A DNA stretch of 64,000 nt from Amphiscolops sp. MND2022. Its lineage: Eukaryota. The stretch covers positions 47,866,001 through 47,930,000 of the forward strand of contig OZ076413.1 in the NCBI GenBank assembly GCA_964187785.1, in the 5' to 3' direction. How positions within the stretch are numbered: the first letter of the stretch is position 1; every line of letters begins with the position of its first letter. The notes below the pieces were generated by a model. It saw only the letters and a list, made by a program, of their open reading frames with translations, was not told the DNA's origin and searched no databases. This document shows, piece after piece, positions 52,098-62,600 of this stretch. Both the position numbers and the translations under genes were made by a program.

Positions 52098-53883
52098 TGT
52101 TACGACTATTAACCGGTGTTGTTTTAGAACTAGTCGCAGTTTGTGTCTTGACTGGAGTGGACGTTCTCGTCACGGAGATGTTTTCTTGGTCAGAATCAGA
52201 ATCTTGTATGTTCGAGCTAACTGAGCGTTTCTTGTTCGCTGGTGCTATTAATTTAAGCATTTCCTTCTGGTTTTCGGCTAATATCTTTGTTAGATCAGTC
52301 ATTATTTCTTTTCTCAGAGTTGTTTTTATTTCCTCCAGGTTTTCAAACTCGAGTCTAGGATTTTTACTAGAGCTAGGTATCAGGTTTTCAGTAGAGTTAT
52401 TTTCAGTTAAGGAAGCTTCGAAATCTCCTGACACTAATTCAGCTACAGCTTTCCTCTTCTGGCTTCTAGTGGTCATTTTTTAATGTTAAAAAATGATTCT
52501 TCGGCAATAGATGAATTCTTCGAAGATGATTTTGTTCAACGTTGAAACAACGAAAACAGTTTAAGTTTATTACAACTTGCAAAACACAACTCACTAACTT
52601 TACATGTCTCGTCTAAGTATATATACCTTCTTAGCGTCATTTGTTCCTCACCTAAAAATTCCTAGGAATCGCAAAAATCAGGTTTGTTCAACAAAAAGCG
52701 CTAATGATTCATATCATTTCAGTCCCGCGTCGTAAAAATCAGGCATCAAAATTCCTAGTTGCGACAGTGTTCCGTAAATTTGTTGAAATCATTTTTGTTC
52801 AGGCAATCCCATTTCCTGTTTAAGTCTCAAAATTGCGGTAAAATAAAAGTCTAGCTTGCATTTTCATCAGCGTAAGTACGCCGGCATGAACAATTAGTCA
52901 ATTTTCAATTTGGGAGATTGAGATTCGAAGTAAAAGAATGACTCGCAAAAATTAACGAAATTGAAACGAGGCAAAAGGAATTTTGGACTACGGATATTTG
53001 AATATTATTGAGGAACAAGCAACGCTAAGAAAAACATAATGATGATTAATCGGTTAATTTGTAAACTGAACAACTGCACCAACAGAAAATCCAACTTTGA
53101 CCTATACGTGGTCATAACGTAACAAGTACGTATTGCAAAGTACAAATAGATAGGAAAGAAATGTATTTGCAGGCAATAATTATTCTGCACTTGATTGGGC
53201 TTCGTATATGAATAAACAGGGCAGGCATCCTGCATCAATAGCACTTGGTTTGGGTTTTGACGTTGACCTTACGTTACGTTCCGTGAAACATTTTAATGAT
53301 AAACAACTAATCATTGAATACATAAACTCTTAATGTAACGTAAGGCACACGTGAATTGAGAAACTATTGCAATAGCATTGTTACTCTTCGATCATAGTTT
53401 TAGCCCCTTCTTACAGTACAATCTTTTACATGTGGACTTGTTTTCAAAAAACCCTTTAAGTGCGTCGATTCAGAAAAATCCTTATTTGATTTCGGTTTAA
53501 ACTAATACTTCACCGCTATTATTTTACGAATTGTTCCGTACGTATTAAGATTGGTTATAGCTGAACGGCGGAATACAATTTTACAATCCGCTCCGTAGCT
53601 GTCCCGTACGTATTAAGGTTGCTCATAGCTTAGCTATCGGACCAAGCGGAGAGAAAGCGGAGTGCGTAGGTGAATTCATTCTCTCTCTCTTATTCCAATT
53701 GGTGTTGCTAGGGGCAACCGAAATTGCTTCTATTCAACTTAGCTAAGAATAGTTCTATCAATAGAGTGACGTTATTGGTCCGTAGAAGCAAAATTCCTAT
53801 TATTAGCTCAGTAGATTGGCGTTGCCATAGCGTTGTAAATATTTGCCTAAATCACTTGGCTGTGCTTTAAGTGAATATTGACA
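52098..53883 (-). repeat. Putative 3' LTR of element C (~1.8 kb), containing the gag 5' end
   Basis: On the minus strand starts TGTCAATA after GAGATGAAGTGGT and ends GTCGTAACA; shares AATCTTAATACGTACGGA and TGATTTCAACAAAT...CTAGGAATT motifs with the B LTR; MTTRSQK versus MKTRSQK. Partner LTR not in the window. Confidence 0.7.
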
Positions 53884-54262
53884 ACCACTTCATCTCTGGA
53901 AAACAATTCCGCTCTATTATTTGTCTGTTCCTTTTCATTTTAGATTGTATGAATTCCGTTGGGATCTCGGAATTGAATTTATTTTAATGTTTTCATTTTA
54001 GTGTGGACCAGTGGAAGGAATGATCCCAATTATAAATGTTCATTTTAGTGTTTAGATTAGTATGGCAGAAAATCAGAAGATCATACCGGAAATGAAAAAT
54101 CTTATCACGCGCGGAGAAATAGTTAACCGGAAGTTTTAGTTAAAAATCATTTCTGAAAAACGTTCCGTAACGTTTACGTTAGGTTTTGTATTCGAGAAAT
54201 TATCTGCAACCGATTTAGCTGTACTGTAAGTAAAATTTAGATCAGTTTAAAATTAAGTTAGT

Positions 54263-55036
54263 TTAATAGAGTTTACCTCGGCCTTGTCCCCGGCCAATTT
54301 CGAAACCAGGTATCCCACTGCAGCAGCTATAATCCCGACCGGGAGCGGGTCGTGACAGGGCCCCTCTTGAAGCAAGAGACAAGGGTATAGCTCGGCAATG
54401 GGGAATTTCTTTCCTAATGATGACAGGGGGACGGCCGTTGAGAATCCGCGTGCCGCGACTACGTCCTCTTCCCGAAGTCATTTTGGTTATGAATCTTTCT
54501 TCTTCTTCCATTTCTCGAAGCTCCTGTTCTCTTCGCATCGTCTCAATAGAGCATATTTCCGGCGGCTTAGTAGGGTCGCTTAACGCACAATTGCATTGCT
54601 CTCTTTTGGTCGGAGGGGGGGCATTCTCTTTAGCTCCGTAGTGAGTGCGTCCACGGCCAACTGTTGCGAAAAACTGCCGATCTTCTATGTCTAAGCCGTG
54701 TAGTGCGTCCAAATCTGCCAGCGAAGGCTCATTCAAGTCATTCAGCTTGACTGTGTTTGGAGCTCTTTCATTTCCTAATTGGGGAATGTTTGCCTTTTCT
54801 TTTAGGACTGGTGTTGGTCTTGTTTGGGGCTGGCTCGGCGGCGTATCCGGTTCTTCGTAGAAGTCGGTATCTGAGTTAGGGTTTACTGCTGGCGGTAGAT
54901 TAAAACTTACTCTCCCTAGCTTTTTCTTTTTGCTGGGGGTAGGGCCGCGCTTTTTCGGAGAACAGTCAGACTCGGATGTTGAATCTGTTTCAGCTTCACT
55001 TCAAGATATATCTATCACCAACGAGTATCCGTTCAT
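54263..55036 (-). pseudogene. Small accessory ORF of element C (257 codons, TGA at codon 12)
   Basis: ATG at 55036 is in frame with the 157-aa track ORF; acidic/Ser N-terminus, PKKR...KKKK basic motif, GRGR repeats. Confidence 0.55.
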
Positions 55037-55627
55037 GATTGCAGAGATTAAATTTTGTAGGATTCTGGCTTATGTCTTCTTTGACTAGTTCACAGAGAAT
55101 TAGTTTGGCAGAAGATGCTGGTCAAGCTTTTATGAAAATTGGACGACAAATGAACGTTTCAAATTCTTTTCCTTCGTAATTTTTAACGAAATTCTATTGG
55201 TCGGTTTTTCCGCTTTCGTTTCGGTGCGTCTCGAAATGAAAGAAACGAGTTCTTTCTTACTGCGTTGTGATTGGTCGAAATAATTGATGAAAGCTTCTAA
55301 TTCTAGTAGCCGTCCTCTTTTCGGTTAATGGCGTAATGACGTCACACAGTTTCATTGGTGTATTACGCCTGTGTTCCGTGATCTCCTGATGATTTTCTTA
55401 ATTCTTCTTTAGCATTTCTTGGTGGATTTTTATCCATCTTTTGGAAACGTTTTGTTCCGTCAATGCCATAATAGGCTTTTAAAAGGAAAAAGGAAATTGG
55501 AACATAGATGATTTTCTTTCCTGTAAAAATGATGCTGTTGATCCTTTTCTTGTCTTTTACGTTCGCTTTGCGTAGTTTTCTTCTTGATTTTTCCTTTTGT
55601 TTTAGATTTCTTGATTTATTATTCTGG
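55037..55627. promoter_or_regulatory. Candidate bidirectional internal promoter
   Basis: Lies between divergent start codons; three ATTGG (CCAAT) boxes at ~55196, ~55270 and ~55354, and TGACGTCA at 55337. Confidence 0.45.
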
Positions 55628-58600
55628 ATGGATGGTGATTCTGGTCCTCCTGCTGGTACTGGTGCAGGGTTCGTCAGTGGAAACGAGACAACATTCAATT
55701 TCACCGATGATGATGTTGTTCCTCCTGACATCGATATTTCTCGTTCTGCTTCGGGTTGGTAAAATCTTTCTGACTTCCTGGGCAATAGGACTATTGTTTT
55801 GGTGATCAGCCTTTTATAGTCTTACCCGTAACTCTGACGCGTCTGAACCAGATCTTGATTTTCAGTAACTCAACCCATTGCGCTGCCCGGGCTTAGCTCC
55901 CATACGGAAGCTAGTCGTTCTTTGGTTCCCGTGGGACTCCCTTCCATTACCGAGGCATTTCCGGTTGCCTCTGTCAACGCTATCCTGACGACTGTTCTTG
56001 CTGGTTCTGGGCATGCTGCTTCTTTCCAGCCTGGTTCCTCTTCGTTGTTAGAGGGTCCCGACGTCAGTACTGGAGTTTCGCGAGATGCCACCGGATTTGG
56101 TTCTCAGCTTCAAGATGCTGCTGTTGTTAGTGAGCCTCGTGGAGGCGAGGCCGTTCCGGCCTCCCCAAAAGAAAGTGGAGGGGGAAGAAATGATGTGGAA
56201 GCTGCGACTGTCGATGTCATGGAGCCAAGTTGTTCTCGTGAGCGGGCTGTGAAGTTTTCGACTCCGCCACCGCAACGTCAACGTGGTCATTCTCCTAGCT
56301 TACAGGAGCTTATGGCTGAGGGATGGAGCAGTTAGTTGTTTCTCTTTTTTTCTCATCCTTTCTTTTCTCTTCTCTTTGTTTTGTAGAATGCTTGTATGGA
56401 GTTGTTCAATTTAGTCTTCTGGTTGGGTTTCTCAGAGTGGTTCGGGATTCCATAGTGTTTCCACCTAATTGTTTTGATGTTTGTTATAGGTGATCCAGAA
56501 GCGGAGGAGGAGGTGTTAGCTTTCCCCGGCAATACTCCGTTGAGTCCGATTGACTTGGCGCAATTTGGTCGTCATCTGATTTCTGAGGTGGAGACTCGGG
56601 CAGTACAAAGTATCGAGACAGGTACGTTAGTATGTCATAGTTGATAGGGGGTTGTTTAGGTGTGGTTGGGGTTTTGGGGTCGCAATATCGTGTGTCATAT
56701 TTATAGATGGTTGTGTTATCGTTTGCAGGTTTCACGAAGTTGTCGAAGAAGATTGGAGATCGCTGCCAGCGGCGAGTGCGAACTTATGGGAATCGCAAGC
56801 ATTTGAAGAGACGCATGTTATCTTTGCATCCCGCATATTCCAACTTTGTCAGTGGCTCTAAGTGCGGGGAGCCTACGTCCTTCTTTTGTCGAGTGTGCAA
56901 TCGAGATGTGCGGATGAAGGCACAAGGATCTGGCGAGTTTAAACGTCACTTCGCATCTGATGGGCACTGGTTTCGTGACGTGCGCTACAGAGTACATTCA
57001 GGGTTGCCCGTATACAACAGATGGTTGGAGCCTATGGAACTGACTGCCGCCCAGATTGCGGAATACAAAGCTCAACCTTTTGTGGACTTGGCAGAGGGGT
57101 TTCCCTTTCCAGAAGATTTGGTGCCCAAACATGCCCAAGTTGATTCAAAGGTCCCATTTATGACAATGATCTCAGCCGTCTGTGAGTGGCTCCGGAGTGG
57201 CGGCGATTTCACGTTGCTGCGACGTTTATGGGCGTGTTTCCGAGCTTCTTTGGGTGAGTGGGCGCCCGAATATCAGCTGAATTGGAGTCGTGCTGAGACG
57301 GTGGTAAGTAGGGGTATTACATATTTTTGTGGTCTTTGGGTTCATGAGCTTTGTGTGTCTCGTTTTCCCTCTTTTTCCTTTTTTTTCTTCGGGAGGGGGG
57401 GGGCAGTAGTAGTGTGGTTTTGTAGTCATGGTATTTGTATATTGTTTCAGCCCTTGCTGTGTCGTGGCCTTGCTCCTCGGGTGTTGCGTTTGGTTCTCAG
57501 TGCAGTCGGGACGCGCAATGAATATGCGTTGTTCTATGAGAAAGACGCGGATGTGGAACGATGCTTTGTTGTGTGCTGGTTGGATAATGCTCTGCGGAAA
57601 ATCTGCATTGGTCAGGAAGTTTTGGACCAGCCTATGCCTAAATCCGAGTTGGTTCCTTTGGCACAGTTCGTCCATAGTGTGCAAAATGCGCGCCTTCCCT
57701 TTTGTGTCAGCGGTGCTAGTCCGGTGCTTCTTCGAGTGATAGAGGACAATCGTACTGATGGGAAACGACTTGTTATGCATCAACAGTTTTCCGAGGAGGT
57801 GTTCCTACAGTGTGTGCGTCAGGCACATCAGGATGTTTTCGGAATGGTAGAGGTGACAAGTTTGGTGGACTATGTCATTTTACGGCTAAAGAGCGCTGCG
57901 TACGAGGACTGGACGGATGGCAAGGTGTTGCTGCGCAAGGCCATTCGTCAAGGTTTCGTTGCCTTCCAGGATCTTCGTGAGGTTCTGACTGATTTGGTGG
58001 ACCTGTGGCCTTCAATTCGCCTGTTCATTCGGTGTACCGGATTGCCTCATGTGAAAGATCAAGCCGACAGTGTGAGTTTGTTGCATGATTTTTTTTTCTC
58101 GGGAGGTTCTTCACGGTCGTCTTGTTGGTCATCTGTTGTTTTCCGTCTGCTTAGTTATTTTGTGTTGTTGTTTAGTTGAGAGGTATGGATTCAAATGTGA
58201 TCTCGGACGGACTGGTGCCGTATCGTTTTGGGCTGTTGCAATTGATGTTGGATACTTTCCATATTCATTTGCCGAAGTTGAGACAGAGCCCCAGCGATTA
58301 TGCATTCCATGGCTATGGTGAATTATGCAATTTCGTATACTGCTTGTTGATGAAGACACGCCAGTTATCAAGTCTTCCAGCTATTCACGATTGGGATGCA
58401 TACATGGACGTGGAAAAGGCGGCAAGTTTCCCTGTTGCACCTATAGATGAGTTCTTGGCTCACTGTGATTATGGGAAGTCTCTTTTGTCGTCGAAAGCGA
58501 GCGAGATGCCAAAGTTTCGTGGTCGCTGCAGAGAATTTATCGATCGCCTCGTCACTCTGTTAGTGGAGAGTGCCAGCACTCGTTCCATTGTTTCGAAAGG

Positions 58601-59468
58601 TCTGTGCAGTTTCTGCCCTGAACTGATGTTAGAAGGTGACGATAAGTGTGCGTTTGATTTGTTTTCTGAGCTGTGTGATGGTCTTGTGAGGTGCGGCGCT
58701 TTATCTCGATAAGAATGCAATGCTGCTGTGGATGAGTATAGTGCGTACGTGATCGAGAAACGCAGGCAGCATAGTCGATTGGAGCGTTCTGCCAGTTCTA
58801 TTACGGACATTCGCCGCTACTTGCTGGATGATTTTGGGTTCCAGTCACGACGACATGTACTTCGTGTCTTCAAGTTGTGTTGTCTGCTTGTCGGTGAGCC
58901 CAACCGTGTTAGTCCTCCGTTTACTCTTGATCTGTCGAGTTGTAAACAGGCTGAAGGAAGTGTTCTTCTGTGTTGCAGAGTTGTTCAATCGTATGTTTTG
59001 AGCGACGGTTATTCTCCGCAGTCATTATTTACTGAGTCATTTATGGGCCTAATTCGAGATGTTGTTTCTGATGCTGGGCTATTTTATATTGGCTCTGATT
59101 TTAACGTGTGGAAAGATTTGTGTGATGCCGGTGTGGACTCGTTTATTGCTTCTGTTTGCGAGCTGTATAAAGAATTTTTGGCAAAGCGACGTCAATCCAG
59201 TGATGAGCATTATACGGAGTGTAATCGAGTCAATCGTTTGTCTCGGGCAGAGCAGGGGTCTCGTAGTAGTTCCGTTGTGCAGAGTAGTTCCAGTTCTGTT
59301 AGTGGAAAAGGGAAAAGTGGTGGAAGTAAAGTTGGTGAAAAGAGCACTGATGGGAAGCAGGTCGGGAAGACGAAGAAGTCTAACGTGCAAGCTGGTGGTA
59401 GTAAAACGACTCCGAAGAAGAAGTCGAAGAAAGACATTGATCCTTCCGTACATCATCATGTCAAGTGA
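55628..59468 (+). CDS. Six-exon antisense gene encoding a zinc-finger, inactive hAT-transposase-like protein (~1070 codons; one in-frame TAA at 58710-58712)
   Basis: Exons 55628-55754, 55866-56330, 56490-56621, 56729-57303, 57451-58071, 58176-59468; GT-AG introns of 104-159 bp with phases 1,1,1,0,0 all consistent; FFCRVC...G...FKRHFASDGH zinc finger. Confidence 0.8.
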
Positions 59469-59614
59469 TTTGTGTTGTGATGATTTGTAGACTTTTATTA
59501 TGTTTTGATGATTCTGAAGGAACTATAATTTTGGCTTTGTTGCTGTTCTTTTTAGTTTAGATGATAATTTTACGTAGCTACTCCGGTTCGGTTTAGCCTG
59601 TTGACTGTTTTCAT

Positions 59615-62600
59615 TTAGTTTTGAGTTTGACGTAAATCGTCCGCTGTAGTTGAGTTTAGCATTCTGAAGTCAGGATCCACGTTGGGTCTCGGATTAGGTC
59701 TCAAATTGTATCGTCCCACTTTTCTAGGATTGTATCCAACGACTATAGGCGGTAATTCGGGTGTTTTGGGAGGGCTGTGTATCGGTGGTGGGGTCAAAAT
59801 ATATGGGTTATCGCTGACATCTAGATCAAATGACGTTATATTGTCGGAAGGTGTTTTATCTGCTGCAGTATTTTCATTTGTGGCTGTTTGAGCCACGTCG
59901 CTTTCCGTTGTAGCTTCGTGTGTGGTTGTTTGAACCACGTCATTTTCCACTGTGCTTCCATTGGTGGTTGTTTTAACCACATCATTTTCCGTTGTAGTTT
60001 CGTTGCGTCCTGTTGTGTCTGTGATTTCTGTAACTGTGGCTTCTTCTGCGGCGTTTTCGGTATTGTTTCCGAACAGAACTTCTCCGAATTCGGTTTCCCA
60101 AGCTTGCGCGTACCAATCATTGTGGGTTGTTTTAACCTCTGGGTCTGGAAGATAATCTTCCCTTCTGACTGTTACGTCAGGTACTCGCTGATTGGGCGCA
60201 TATAGCCTTAGGCGAATTCTATGGAGGGTTTGGGTATATCTAGTTCCCGTGCGGCGTACGACGTAGTTGTTGTTCGAGAGTACTTTGACTACTATGTAGG
60301 GTCCAGTCCAAATGCAATCTTTAAAAGCGAATTTCATCGACTGGTTGTCTGCCTTCGGATTGAGGACGTAACAGTAGTCATTGACTTTGAGCGGTGTAGC
60401 TGTTGCTTTCTTGTCATAGTACTGTTTGTATTTGAGGTAGGATTGCATTAGGTTTTCCTTGGCGGCATGGTGTATTTCGGATATTTGCTTCTGTAGTTGA
60501 TCCGTTAGTTCGTCGTTGCTATCTTTTTTCCATTCGGGTTTCAATCCGAGTTTTATGTCTAGGATGTTGTACGGAATGCGTCCGTGAAATACTGTTGTAG
60601 GTTCACAACCTAGGCTTTCATGATAGCTCGTATTGTAGTTCATGACCGCGATCTGGACATATTTATGCCACATAGAGCGTCGTTCTCCCGTTGATATCTT
60701 TAGGGAGGTTTTCAAAGAGGCATGAGTCCTTTCTAGGATGCCAATTGTTTGAGCGTGTTTCGTCGATGCGTGGCTTATCCGTATATCCAATGTTTGTGTT
60801 ATTTGATTGACTACTTCTGATCTGAATTGTGATCCTTTATCTGTTAGAATGACGGTCGGCAGGTAGCAGTGTCGTGTCATGACGTCTATTATGCATCGTG
60901 CGACTGTTTTGGCTGTCATGTCCTGTGTCGGGTAAGCGAAAAGGTAACGTGAAAAAACGTCCATCATCGTTATGATGTGTTGGTATCCATTTGAGGAAGG
61001 TAGGTTTGGTAGAATGTCTACTTCTAGGCAGTCTTCTGGTCCCATTGTGAATTCAGTGTTGCTTAGCATTTTAGGGCGTATTTGTCTTGTGTCAATTCTT
61101 TTATTGGCAATGCAGTCTTGACAGCTGGTTACCCAAGCTCTGATTTTACGTGCAAGACCCGGGAAGTAGTATTTCGCTCTGCATTCTTGTATCATTTTTG
61201 CGATTCCTGGATGTTTATTCGTTTTCCCATGTAGAGTGGCCAAGAGTTCTGGGACTAGGTGTTTCGGAATTATGATTTGATTATGGGTGACTGATCCGTC
61301 TTCTCCGTAGTATTTCCGCATCAGAACTCCATCTTTCATTATGATTCTTTCTTCGTGGCGTAATAGGTTTCGTCCTCGTGGTTCGGTTTTGAGAAGGTGT
61401 TTGTCATATTCTTCGTGTGAAATCCGTTGTTTCAGTGCTTTGAGGAGAGGGTCTGCATCTCGCTCGTTTCTGATCCGTGCATTTTCTTTGATTGCACCGA
61501 AGGAGTAGACTGCGGAGTTGAGTGGTATCTTGATGACTTCGGTTACTTTTGTTGATAATTCTCTCTCATGTTCGTCTAGGGCGCGTCGCTTGCTGAGTGC
61601 TTTTCGGGCAAAGATTTCTTGTTCAGATTCATCTTCGTCATCAGGTAGGAAGAAAAGTTGTTCTTCATCAGCTACATCTGATGATTGTAGATTGACCTCA
61701 ATTGGGGACGTTAGGATGTCGTCTCGTAGCTTAAGTTGTACCTTTTCTTTCGGTGTAAGTTCGAGTCTTGAGAGAAAATCTGCTGCTGTGTTTTGGGAGC
61801 CTGCTACGTGCATGATTCGAAACTTGAATTGTAATACATAGTCGCAGGCATTCCAGAGTGCAGGGGGTGTCGTTTTGGTCTGGAAGAATCTCGTTACTGA
61901 GCGGTTGTCCGTTAAGACCAGGGTTGGAATTGTTGCTTCCCAAAGTATGTGACTGTATTCGAGGAATGCATGATAGATTGCTAAGAATTCCTTGCAGTAG
62001 ATAGACATTTTCAGTTGTGCAGGTGAAAAAACTCGTGATCCGAACGCTACTGGTGCGAAAGTTTTCCGTTTGGAGAGTATTTTGCGTTCATCATTCTCCT
62101 CAATCATGAGGGCGTAGCCTGACGCACGAAAGGTTGCGTCCGTCATTAGGACGTACTGTTTCCCTGCTATAGGCTGTCTTAGTGCGAGTCCACAAGCTTC
62201 CGCTAAGCTGGCGTTGATTTCCTTAAAGTTATCGACAAGTTCTTCTGAAATTCTGATCTTGGAGTCTGCTTTAAGAAGTTCGTACATGCCGATGAGTTTT
62301 TCTGATAAGCGCGGTATGTAGTTGCGGTAATAGTTAACAAAGCCAATGTACTTTTGAACTTGTTTTTTGGATTTGGGGAAGCGTACTTTGGAGAGGAAAT
62401 TTTTGACTTTTTGGTCTTGCGGGGCTACTCCGTCAGGGGTGATGGTTCGTCCAAGAAATTCGATTTGGGTTACTCCAAAATGGCATTTTTCGATGGTTAG
62501 TTTTAGTCCTGCTTTCCGGATGCATTTGAAGACTGCTCTGATGTTTTTTATGAGCTGTTCCGTTGTGTTTGCGGCAATGCCAATGTCATCTACGTATTGT

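Noticed and set aside
55363..55785. Minus-strand 140-aa ORF MPRKSERFYQPEA as the real gene
   Set aside because: The homologous frame in element B contains a stop, while the opposite strand shows conservative substitutions and conserved splice sites; treated as a shadow, though not fully excluded.
56707..58179. 490-aa ORF as a single-exon protein with a hydrophobic segment
   Set aside because: It reads through a 147-bp GT-AG intron (57304-57450) and into flanking introns; the FSFFFFGRGG stretch is intronic.
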